A program made the translations under genes and the position numbers. A stretch of 64,000 nt of DNA from Antedon mediterranea (lineage: Eukaryota; Animalia; Echinodermata), in contig NC_092680.1 of the NCBI RefSeq assembly GCF_964355755.1, positions 8,804,001-8,868,000 of the forward strand, in the 5' to 3' direction. The notes under the pieces were generated by a model. The model worked only from the letters and a program-made list of their open reading frames with translations, ran no database searches and was not told where the DNA came from. This document shows, in pieces, positions 51,315 to 64,000 of this stretch. Within the stretch, counting starts at the first letter, position 1. Each line of letters opens with the position of its first letter.

Positions 51315-54300
51315 TTTTAAAACTTGAGATTTGATTTTGATTGGTTGTGGTTTGCTGCATGAAAGCAGCATATCCGTAAAGTATGGCCAAGTTAGTGGAC
51401 TAACAATACAGTGCAGTACTATATTCTGTCTTGGTAGCTACAAACTTGATCATATAATGCATTATTGTGCTCTATACATTTATATTATACATAGCCTATA
51501 TGTGTGAAATGGCATCACATGATCGACTGTGCTGCGCCAAGGATAAAATTTGTTACTATGCCCTGGCATATGACATCAACAGACTACACTGGGCCTGCGC
51601 TTACTTATATTTTTAAAAAAAACGAATGTGCCCATATATGAAAAAAATTGTGAAAGAATATAATAGAAGCTATAATTTCTCTGACTAGTGTTGGTATGAT
51701 TACCAATGTACACTGTTGTTGTTTTTCAATAATTTTAAGTTTAAATAGGTACAGTGTATTCATTACAAGAACCCTTGTAAAATGATCAGGTAAACCACCA
51801 TTTTATATTGTACTTACTAATCAAAGTTCTTCAGACAAAAAATATTTATTTAAACAAGTTTACAATTGAAAACTATTGTATATTCAAAAACCAGGTAACC
51901 ATAGAAGGTATATTACAAAATGAACAACAGTTCTATTCATACATCTCTATGTACTTTAATGAAACTTAATAAGAAAATATTTAGAATAAATCCAAGGAAA
52001 AAGAAACCATTGTATGATCTTCGTTCTGGTTGGTAAGCTAAACAATACTTATTTACAAATGATGCATGTCATCAGGGCTGGAATGCTAGTTATTGTTCTA
52101 TCAAGGCCCAAGGTAATCAAACTTTACTAAACATTGACCCGAATATCCCCCTCTAACGCTAACAAACTTTTATTTTAATTTTGCGCATCAAAACATCCTG
52201 GTTTGAAGGCTAAAGTTGTTCAGTGCTTGATACGGGATAAAACGGGATATATAACAAGTTCTATCACTATACTAATTTTAGATTCTTCAAAATATGTTTT
52301 ACATTCTTGATAACCATTGAGGTGTTTACCTCTATGATTAAACTAGTCTGGTTTGATAAAAAAATTCATACAGTATAAATAAGATAAATAATAATGATAA
52401 TAAAAATGTAATGAAATTATTAAAATTTTTAACAACCATATTATTACATCAACAAAAAACAATTGGAAAGTTATAACGAAATTTAATATTGGAGTTATGA
52501 AATTACTTGAAATGTTCGCCAGTTTTATGGAGTCTTGAGTGCAATACACCCCTTATCTGTGACAATGCAATCCCATCATGACTAAAGCATACATGTGACT
52601 GTGTTATCTTTTTATATAGCTCAACGTGATAGCACTTCATAAATACAAAGTCATTGGGAAAGTCAAGTATATGAAACTTTTAAAGTACAATGACCCTTGC
52701 ATTTTCAAAAGTAAATTTCTTGAATTAGTTATTATTCAACATTTTTATGATATTCAATGAATTTGAGGCGATAACTTTTTAAGAATACAATAAAAAAGGC
52801 AAATAATCACTTTTTTTGTTGTCTTGTGTGAGTTCATCTCACGTTTATTTAAATTCTCATTGGTGAATATATTAGATACATAAAAGTACATTTGTGAAAA
52901 TTAAAAGTAAGTGTTTAAAGTAGTTAAAATACAGGTATATTTACATAATAAGATGCTTGAATTCAGTATTAACCATATTTGTTTTCATTTAAAATTTTAT
53001 ACGATGTTAATTAAAATGTAAAAATGAAAAATGGCGGTAAAATACATGATTAAAATTTTCTTGTTAAACTATCTTATTTGTGATCTTATTTGTGTTCGAG
53101 TAGAGAGGCTATAAACTCAGGGGAGAAAAATGTAGTATCCTCCCTTTTCACCAAGATAAAAAGGATGAAATGAAAAAAGAGGAATGCAAACGTTTGAAAG
53201 TTAGACATTTAGAATGATAGCATGCAAGGATAATCACTTAACAAAACCTTAACTTTAGAAATAAAAAAGTGTGTATAAATAAATACCGACAACATTTTGG
53301 GGAAAAAAACCTTTTTTTTTATGTTGTTTCAGTAAACAAAACCACTATCAATATACTTTTCATGGCCAATGACCAAAACAATTGACAATACAAAATATAA
53401 AATGCACAAAATGAAGTCAACTGTATACAAGTACAATAGTATACACAATATATGAAGTCATTTCAAATTATGATTACACTAGTTTTTATTTCTTTTCATT
53501 TTACTGCCATTTTACCTACACCTATAGAATGATGGTGCATGTTGTTTTATTTGTTTAGTGTTTAGTGCAGACTTTGAATTTGATCAATACAAAATAATGT
53601 ATGTTTTTTATAGGTTGAATGGAAAGAATATTTGTATGAGTTAAATGGAAAGAACATTTGTATATGAGTTGAATGGAAAGTCTATGTTCAAACCCTAATG
53701 CCTCTAATTTGAATAGTAAAACAAGATATCTAGATCATATACGATTATATATTGTATAGGTTTTGACCTAATCAACCACCATATATTTATTCATTTTAAC
53801 AAATAACAAAATCCGCCAAATTGTCTACAATCTTACCTTCTCATTTATATGTTCATATACCATTAAATCATAAAATACTTTGACAAGAAATAGATTAACT
53901 TTTTGAAAACGCAATTCAGCCAATCGTATTTAAAAGTAAATATTGAATCTAGAATCATTAAGGTTTAGTATTTACCAATTACATTCATATATTTCAAGTA
54001 CATAGTAATTCTGCAACCGAAAGTTTACACTGCCTTTTCAGTATTTAACCAAAAATCTATTGACAAATGATTTTATCTGAGCAGTTAACTAATGCAAAAG
54101 GATAATAAAAAAATTTATTATTGATAACAACGTAGACTTAGAGGAAACATATTCATTGAAATCTTCAAACAAATGGCTATAAATCGTGAGGAATGTGTTT
54201 CAAAGCAAAGAATAGGAAGCATTGACGCTTGTGATTTCGCATACCACAGCATTATTCCCACAATTCAATGCAAATTTTTAGCAATATTGTCTTTTTTGGT

Positions 54301-54857
54301 TATTGCATAATAACAACTCTATAAATAAACCGTTTCTGTACGATTGCTTATCAAGTTGAAACAGGGAAGAAAAACAAGCAAAAAAGGAAATATAAAGGTA
54401 AAATAAATATATAACAAAGGTAAATATAAAACAGTGAAAAAATAATGAATTCAAATTCACTCAATACCTAACTTGAAATCACGAACAATGGTAAATTTGT
54501 TGCTTCATATGAAGTTGAAATATGTACAAATAAATAACCATAAAAGGTAATTTAAAAGTTAAATATAGAAAAATAAACAAGGAATTATTTAACATGAAAT
54601 CACGAAAAAAGGCAGATACCATTAAGGAAATGAATGTGAAGCCATGTTTTAACACCACAACCACGTCAGGTCAAGTTCAATATTGAATCGAAACGTGGCA
54701 GGCCTTTGACAAGATCGCCTAAAATTTATAAATTTAAACTTACGATACTTAGTATTGTATATTCAGGAATAGCCGCTCCATAATTTCCTTGCTTTTCTTC
54801 CTTATATCTACAGTATATTTTGTTATGAAAGCGATCATGCTGGAAATTACCTCACGG

Positions 54858-55629
54858 CCCCTATTCAGTAGACACCCCTATTCAGTAGACACCCCTATTC
54901 AGTAGACACCCCTATTCAGTAGACACCCCTATTCAGTAGACACCCCTATTCAGTAGACACCCCTATTCAGTAGACACCCCTATTCAGTACACACCCCTAT
55001 TCAGTACACACCCCTATTCAGTACACACCCCTATTCAGTACACACCCCTATTCAGTACACACCCCTATTCAGTACACACCCCTATTCAGTACACACCCCT
55101 ATTCAGTACACACCCCTATTCAGTACACACCCCTATTCAGTACACACCCCTATTCAGTACACACCCCTATTCAGTACACACCCCTATTCAGTAGACACCC
55201 CTATTCAGTACACACCCCTATTCAGTAGACACCCCTATTCAGTAGACACCCCTATTCAGTAGACACCCCTATTCAGTAGACACCCCTATTCAGTAGACAC
55301 CCCTATTCAGTAGACACCCCTATTCAGTAGACACCCCTATTCAGTAGACACCCCTATTCAGTACACACCCCTATTCAGTACACACCCCTATTCAGTAGAC
55401 ACCCCTATTCAGTAGACACCCATATTCAGTAGACACCCATATTCAGTAGACACCCATATTCAGTAGACACCCCTATTCAGTACACACCCCTATTCAGTAC
55501 ACACCCCTATTCAGTACACACCCCTATTCAGTACACACCCCTATTCAGTAGACACCCCTATTCAGTAGACACACCTATTCAGTACACACCCCTATTCAGT
55601 AGACACCCCTATTCAGTACACACCCCTAT
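54858..55629. repeat. 17-bp minisatellite CCCCTATTCAGTA(G/C)ACA, about 45 copies
   Basis: Period 17 (54858, 54875, ...); G and C variants are arranged in blocks. Confidence 0.98.
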
Positions 55630-58600
55630 ATAATATTGTATTTTTTAAATGCTTTTGTATGTATTTCAATTTAATTCTTGATTGAAAATTGTTACATAGT
55701 GGTCTTGGAAATTGTTCTGTGGTCCCAAAATGTCAATCTAGTTTGTATTGAAATTATTCACTAAACATCAAGCATTATTTTGATTTGAAAAACAAAGAAT
55801 CAATAATGTCTTTAAAGTGAAGCTTACAGTTTTATTCAGAATGATGTTGCTTTGAACTGCAGACTAAATGTCAACATCACTTTCTTCCAATGACTATTAA
55901 TCAATTACCATTTTACTAGAAGCATTAAATGCTCACTTTTAATTAGGAATAACATTCTGAGGTTGCTATTTGAACTGTTCTCATGGGTCCTATAAATAGT
56001 GTAGAGAATGAATGTAATAATAAGACACAACCATTTATAATGAAATAGTCACAAATTTGACAAAAGTAATTAATTTTGTGAAAGTAATATAATAAGTAAT
56101 ACATGTATTAATAGTAGCAATTTTAATAAAATCAAATATAAAATAACAAGTTGACGATGGATATTTTATCTTTATGTTTCACAATTATATAACTGATTAT
56201 TAAAACAATTTCTTGAATTTTTACTCTTGAACAAAATCATGTTCACACTGTAGGATATATGAAATGAGGAAGGTAAGAGACAAAGATGTCAATTATGGTG
56301 ATAATGATGATATGATGATGATAATAATGATTATGATGATAATGATATATAAATAGATGCTAAACCATGATAAATGTTGTCCAATAGATGAGGATGATAA
56401 AGACATGACAAAATTATAATGATAATATGATAAAAAAGAGACGATCCTACAAATATCTAGGAAGAGGATGCAACTGGTGTCTATGGAGTCACAAGATTTT
56501 TTCCATTAACCAATGTCGCATTCATCCACTCAATAGATATAAAAACCATGATAAAGCTCTATTCTCACTTTTCCGTTTCATATAATGGAAGACACTAGCG
56601 TTGTTTTGTTAAACAATGGAAAATGGTATACATAAATTGTGGTGCTTTCTTCTAATGTGAATGCAGCTTAAATGATAAGGATGATGAAAACATGCAAAAA
56701 CCATGATGATAACGAAAATAAAGATGATGATAATCATCACCATCAGTATTGATAAGGACTTTTCCATCAACCTAATTTCACACCCACCCATCACCCAATT
56801 CCAATCTTTCGAACAGCACTGAATTGTTTGGGTAGTAATATCTAAAAATAGCATCGATCAGAGAGAATCCCAAAAGGATGTAAACACGCCACCTGATCCC
56901 GCTTATTACTATCATAACACGTCTGATGATGAGTAAACAAATACTGTTTGCAGGCAACGCATTGTCATCCTCATTACACGATAACTTTCCCAGTATGTTT
57001 CCTACGTATCACATCAATCGGAACAAATCCTCTTCTTGTCTGTATTGGGTCACTTCAGGTCACTACATGCTCTGAATGCTGGTGAGCAATTACACATTTC
57101 ATGCTTCAATGAACAAGCTAAACATGTTGCAGATTGTTAGATATGGTTATTAATTGTTAGCTATGCTGGATAATTACACAAGTTTTTATTCTGTTGTCCC
57201 TTTATGCTGTTCTATCTCTGTAAGCAATTTAATTGACAAAAAATACTAAAACGCTTATTAATTTCTAGATATTTTATATTTGCATGATTAATGTTGTCTG
57301 TTTGTTATGTTTGTGAGTTATGCTCAGACAAAATTAGAGCTTTATTTTTAGCTCCCGTATTTTCCCAGACACAGTTCATTATTCTGCCTCTTATTGGACC
57401 ATTTTAATTAATATTTTTTTTTAGTTTGTTTTTCTTTAGAATCTTTTTATACACTTAATTATGTCTGTGATCCACTCTTAAAATCTGTGTGATACTGAAA
57501 ATGTCATCACATAAAGGAATAAATAAAAGTAATAATAATAAATTATATTATTATCATCTTTAAAAGCAATATTCATCATCTTTTAATAATTAATTTATTT
57601 AATTTTTGTGAATGTTTTCAACCTTGTGATCTACATTATTTAAGTGGTTTAGATGTTAGGATTAAAAACCTACATACATTAAATTTTATTTGCATGAGTT
57701 AGATACAAATACATCCAGTACCATGAAAGATGTAATGATATTTTTTTATAAATTTCTACATTAAAATAAAATTCTTACTAGACTTATTTTGTTAAATATG
57801 AAAAAAAATGAGTGTATATTGGTATTCACAATGAGTACATTGATAGATTATTCAGCCAACATTAATGTATGTTCACAGACCATTTGATGTCGTTTCAGAA
57901 GATTCCGAAAGGCCATCATTCTACAAGTTTTTGCGATTGCTTTGCGCGCATATCATTATGATTTGTAACGTCTGTATGTTTGATTTGTAGTACATTGCAA
58001 CATCCCGAATTACAAAAATATATTTTTTACATTGAAATGTGATATAATCACATGGTCCTGTGACAATATATCACTGCTAAGTGTGGTTTGAAATTAAAAA
58101 CACAATAGTTTTCAAAAGCAATAAATTAAAACAAATATAAAACAATTTAAGGCCATGTTAAAAACAAAAATATAGGCGAATACACCATGTTTTGTAATCT
58201 TCAACAGAAAATGTTGAATGACTTGAACATGTGAAATTCTATTTTAAGCAATAATTATTTGCATCAGTAAACTAACATTCAAAATATTCCTTTTTTATCT
58301 TTAGTATATCAATTAATTATTATTAAATTATTTAATACAAATCTTGCTAATAAACTTCACTTGTACATTTGCATTCAAATCATAAAATGAGCAGACTTTT
58401 ATGTTAATTCAAGAAAATGATTGAACAAGAATCAAAGCTTCAAAATTAATAATACGTTATTAGGATACATCATCCAGTAACCAATTCTACTGTTTTGAAG
58501 TCCTTGATAGAATAAACACACAGTTTCCTAGGGTATAAGACAATGGATTACAATTACTGTGTGTAATATCCCTCGTATGAATCATAAATGTAGTTTAGCT

Positions 58601-61511
58601 AAAAAAAACAAAACAGAAAAGGACCTATAACTTGGTTAAACCTTATGATTTGGATTACACACTGCTATGTTTAATTGCCAACAACATCATTATTCATTTC
58701 CTTGAATAACCTCATTATAATATGAATATTGTACTAATTTATCTATAAATATTCCCTAACAGTATGCCCACTGTTGCTATGTTATTTGATCATTAATCAG
58801 CCTACTGTCGGAAGGAAGGCAGTTCACTAGGGGAAGGAAAACCTTCAATCCAATGGGAGAAACCCAGATAGAAAAACCAGAGAGTGGAGCAGTTGGATCG
58901 ACTATCTGGCACCCTTATGGCACCTCTTGCAACCAATATGTTGACTCCAAATGGACCCTGTTGGTTCAGCCGAGAAGGTATCCAAATTCTTTTGCCCAGA
59001 TACCTTTGCTGCCACTTACTGCTTCGGTGTGCCATTGTCTCTTGAGGCAGATGGAGGCCTACTAATAATGTGCCAATATCAATGTGATAGAAGAAGATAG
59101 AAAAGGTGGGCATACAACTGACGCACTGAACTTAAAACAATATAATGGTATGTAAATGTAAACATTTCCTATTCATTTCGGAAACATTTTAATATAAACA
59201 TAACTTCCAAGAAACAATCAATTTGTAAATTCCAATTATCTGAATAAAAAGGTGGGTGTACAACAATCATTTCCATGGAAAAAACATAATAACATTAATA
59301 ACAGCAAACTACTTGATGTCAAAGATTTGAATTTGCAGTTAGTAATCTGAAAGATTCACAATAATTTCAACAATGGCCATAGGAAAAACCAAGAGGGGAG
59401 GGGGCCATATTAGTTTAGTACAGCACTTACAATTAGGGGAGAGGGGAAGGGGGACATATTAACAAATTCTTGATTTGTCACTAATTGTAATAACATTATT
59501 TTCTTAAGTATACAAGTAGGCATTACATTTTCATAATTTGAGCTTTTTTAATCATAAATTCTGTTACGTTTTGTTGCTACCTCGACTGAGACACACTTCT
59601 GTGCATACGATGTTTATTTTTTGTATTGTATATTTTGCATCATCATTATTTTCTAAATGCATTGTTTTTAATCTGAATAAAATAGAACAATGATAGGTCT
59701 TGTGATGGAAAGCACACTTTCCCTTCATTCAGGAAATGTTTGGATAATTTCTGTTCGTTGGTTAAAGTTTCATACCCGTGGTGGCTGATCATGTGGTTTT
59801 GTAATGATCCTCCAGGTCCAAACATATGACTGAAGATTAAATACGAATATCTAAAAATAGTAATACTTTATTTTTCAATTATAAATTTCTCAATGATGAT
59901 GCCTTGGTATGAAATCTTAAGAATGTACAAGCCCCCTCGTAATCTATAACTATGAAGAGTGGTAACCAGTTTGTGATTGGTTGAAATTAATCACCATCAT
60001 CATATGCCTGTTCCTACATGTATCAACCAATTAATAATTTTAATTTTAGACAGCTAATCAATCACCACTTATTTCAAAACTTTATGTGTTATAATGGGTA
60101 ATAAATCATATGCCGATAAAATAGATTTTATTTTTCAAGGATAAGTTAATTGGATTCGTTTTGTACTGTTAGATCTATTAAATTAAATGTAATTTATTGA
60201 ATGATATATTTCTATTTCAGGTTTTTAATCGTATTTCTTTCATTGTTATTATATTCATCCATGATTCTGTTTAATTTGATGTGAATAAAGCATTTCTTTA
60301 CAAAACAAAAACCAAGAAAACTAATTTGTCACAAGTCACATTCTCCCACAGTCCCACTGAACACGAAGATCAATTGCCACACGGATCATAGAAATTGAAT
60401 AAAAGCATATAGTTGGAGATATAAATACTTTTTAGTATTTCAAGCTTTACTATAATTAATTTGTAAAACTAAAAATAGAAATTCACTATTCAATGCAATT
60501 GAAAGTATACACATGGATCAATTATGTTGATAATAATTGGAAAAGTACAAGAAAATCAATTGATAGGCTGTTATTATAATGTTCAATAAAGGTTTAGTAT
60601 TTGAAGTCACGTACTGGCATACCAGTTCGCTTTACTGTGTACTGTTCATGATTGAGCAATCACAGTGTCACAAATTCAATTCTGCTAGACGTCTTTGCGG
60701 CAGCTTGTGTTGGTGTGATCTGCAGCATGAATGGTTACAGCTACAGTACATTTGTGACAGATTATGATTTGGTGTTTCTGAAAAAAGAACACTTATAAAC
60801 ATGATCTAACTCAATACATGGCACAGCCATCATAGAGCTATGCAATCACTTGATTAGGTGATTTACCAAATGTCTAGGTCACCGGGAAACCTTGATAAAA
60901 ATAATACAACACCCAATAATCCTTGCATGCATTAAATAGGACAGCAAGTCCAACGTCCTGTTCATCTAATCAAAAGTTCCTAAACAAGATATAGTATATT
61001 GCTATACTAACTAGTTATGATTATGGAAATAGGATTTCACTATACCAAATATACTGTACCAACAATTAGATTTAAAAAAAAAATAGATTATTAATTAAGG
61101 CTATAAAACTACTACATATAATACAGAAATATGGCATCGGTGCATACATGATTTGGTTGGCACGTACAACCACTTATGCATACTCAGTTAGACTAAAGTC
61201 ATTGTTAAAAATTATATCTGATGCCATGGCATCAATAGGGATATTGACATTGAATGTTGATATCAACAATTCCTAGGTGTCAAAATCCGAACTGGTATGT
61301 GTGATGAAATACTATTGGCTAATTCCGATATTGATGAGTTATTATTTTGAAACCGTGGGAACGGGTAATTACTCATGACAACAAAATGTATCTTTTCTTT
61401 ACATGAAAAAACAAAATTGTTATCATTATCAATTGGGGTTAACAAATAGAAGTGTTTGTTTATGTTTGAAAAAAAAAGATTTAAAAAAACATTTATGACA
61501 AAGTTTCAATC

Positions 61512-61760
61512 AATCAGCCAATCACATTATAAGAGTATAACTAAATAGTAATTGTCTATCATAGTAGGCTATAGGATTAAAAATAACAATTCAAAGCTTT
61601 TTAAAATGCATTCAACCAATCAGAGGCAAGTACAGCTGAGTAGTTATTGTAGACCATGTAGGCTATGGGATAACATTCAACCAATCACAGTCAAGTATAG
61701 CTAAATAGTTAGATTGTACCACAGTAGTTATGGGATTAAAAATAACAAATAAAAGCTTTT
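61512..61760. repeat. Degenerate tandem repeat with a CCAATCA box per unit, 3 units
   Basis: CCAATCA...AGTA.A.CT.A.TAGT..TTGT...CAT.GTAGGCTAT.GGAT repeated. Confidence 0.6.
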
Positions 61761-63121
61761 AATAGTCATCCTTTTAAATACAGTTACAATGATGGATAAA
61801 CAGGATATACACTCATGGGTACGATTGTTCAAATGTATTGACAATCACAACGAGAGTTTATGATCTACAGTGGAACATGTCCCCATCTGTAACAATAGAT
61901 AAACCATGTTAGAAAGAAACTATAAATCGGGAATACCACCTGATAGAAAACAAGCAAATCATGCGAAGCATTCAACACAATGAGGGGAAAATAAAGATAA
62001 ACCATTAGCTTTTCTATGTTCAGAATTTTCACATTCTATTTAAGGTTTTAGCATACATCTATTAAACTGCTACTAAACTACTGGCTGACAGACAGCGAAT
62101 TGATGCGAACTCTCACAACAGACCGTGGTTGTGTTGTAGTTTACTGTCTAGTTCTTATACAAAGTTTATTGTTTAGACAAATTTTAAAAAAAAACAAGGT
62201 GGAGAATTTAATGATTTATATCCTTGTGATAACAATTTAATATTTTCGGGCAATAAATAGTATAATACATTCAGAAAAGACTATTTTTATCAACATTAAT
62301 ACCACAAATGGTGTTGTTTGCTAAAGGTTAGGGGATAATGTCAAATCAAACGCCTTCTTTTTCACAGAACTTCTTTTCAAATAATAATATCATTGTGTTA
62401 GTCAGAAAACATCATATTCAGCAATATTCAAACCACAAAAGGTGAATTAGTTATGTTTAAGGGATGAAATGAATATGAATGAGCCTCATTGTGCACGCCT
62501 TCTTTTTCTCAGAAAGTCTGTTCAGATATATAGTCAATGACGTTATTCTCGTTGTGTTTGGATAAAGTTATTTGTTAAGCATACTGTCTATGCTATTCTA
62601 CATTCAGTAGCAACAAATAATATACAACATAAATACTGCATCATTACTAAGAATATAATCAATTTGATACAAATATTGTAGATCAACAACTATCGTCACA
62701 AATTAAATAGCCTCTTCACAAAACGCAAGTTACTAGAAACAATAGGCCTGCTGTATAAAGCACTAAAATTATCCTGTCTGGAATTTCTTGAAAAAAAAAA
62801 ATCCTCATAATTAAACTGTCATGTTCAATTTGAGAGTGCATCTAAAAACAAGAGAGAAATACATATTACATTAGACTATACCACTCCAGAGTTCTTTTGA
62901 CACAGAAAGCAATTTTGCCTGAAGAAGCAAAACTATTTCTGTTAACCACTTTACAATAGTGGTAGAATTGCAGTAATTTTACTGTTTCCTGTGTGTGAAA
63001 GAGGTGGTATTTGTCGACCAAATGTTCTAACTTTGACCTTTGTTTTTTCTATACTATTCAGACATTGTAGAGTGTTTCCCTCTCTCACAGATCATGCTTA
63101 TTAAATACCACAACAGTAAAT

Positions 63122-63933
63122 TATGGAACGCCGTTTACGCAACATGTTGATGATATGAATTTTATGACGCGATATGTGAATGAAATGCATCGATATGAAT
63201 TGAATGGCGCGATATATGAATGAAATGTTTTGAATTGAATGCTTTGAATTGAATGTTATGAATGAAATGTTTTGAATGAAATGTTTTGAATGAAATGTTT
63301 TGAATTGAATGTTTTGAATAAAATGTTTTGAATGAAATGTTTTGAACGAAATGTTTTGAATGAAATGTTTTGAATGAAATGTTTTGAATGAAATGTTTGA
63401 ATTGAATTGAAAAGTCAAACTATTGGCGGCGTATGTCATTCCCGCTCGCGATTTTGTTTTAACCTCTTAGGCCTAAGCCTGGGTACCCTCATCTCCTTTC
63501 CACGCTGTCATCAATATGGATCCTTTACAGAGAATCCTAACAGACCTGAAACATTGGAATACATATTTCCGAACCCCGGTCTGTTAGGATTCTCTGTAAA
63601 GGCAGCGTGGAAAGGAGATGAGGGTACCCACGCTTAGGCCTAAGAGGTTGAGAAAAAAATCGCGAGCGAGAATGACATACGCCACCAATAGTTTGACTTT
63701 TCAATTCAATTCAAACATTTCATTCAAAACATTTCATTCAAAACATTTCATTCAAAACATTTCATTCAAAACATTTCATTCAAAACATTTCATTCAAAAC
63801 ATTCAATTCAAAGCATTCAATTCAAAACATTTCATTCATATATCGCGCCATTCAATTCAAATCGATGCATTTCATTCACATATCGCGTCATAAAATTCAT
63901 ATCATTGAAATGTTGCGTAAACGGCGTTCCATA
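63122..63933. mobile_element. IS3EU-like foldback MITE, nearly entirely palindromic, 6-bp TSD
   Basis: GTAAAT|TATGGAACGCCGTTTACGCAACAT ... ATGTTGCGTAAACGGCGTTCCATA|GTAAAT. TAY...RTA ends with a 6-bp TSD are characteristic of IS3EU. Arms contain (GAATGAAATGTTTT)n. Confidence 0.85.
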
Positions 63934-64000
63934 GTAAATAGCAATACTAGGAAAAAGAGGTGGTTTGACAAAATAACAATTGTTACCACAGTGGACCGCA

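Overview
AT-rich eukaryotic genomic DNA. It is probably from an invertebrate deuterostome such as an echinoderm, inferred only from the repeat repertoire. Two spliced + strand genes can be built from GT-AG junctions with consistent phases. (1) An adiponectin-receptor (ADIPOR/PAQR) gene, 6 coding exons, 756-8825, 430 aa, with an N-terminal 11-mer helical repeat. Its intron 2 holds an in-frame fused duplicate of exons 1+2 (3037-3313) that could give a 337-aa isoform lacking the repeat. (2) A 4-exon gene, 17068-21373, 462 aa, with a c-SKI SMAD4-binding (SAND-like) zinc domain and a C-terminal coiled coil but no Dachshund-homology domain. The remaining ~42 kb has no recognisable coding exon. Repeats across the window include non-autonomous DNA transposons (Kolobok-, ISL2EU/Harbinger- and IS3EU-like), three copies of an element packed with TTGCGCAA (C/EBP) palindromes and having asymmetric ends, a tRNA-derived Deu/Nin-type SINE, an L2 fragment, a perfect 128-bp inverted repeat pair and several minisatellites (3.1-kb 29-mer, 0.77-kb 17-mer). 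All family assignments come from motif recognition by eye; no searches were run.
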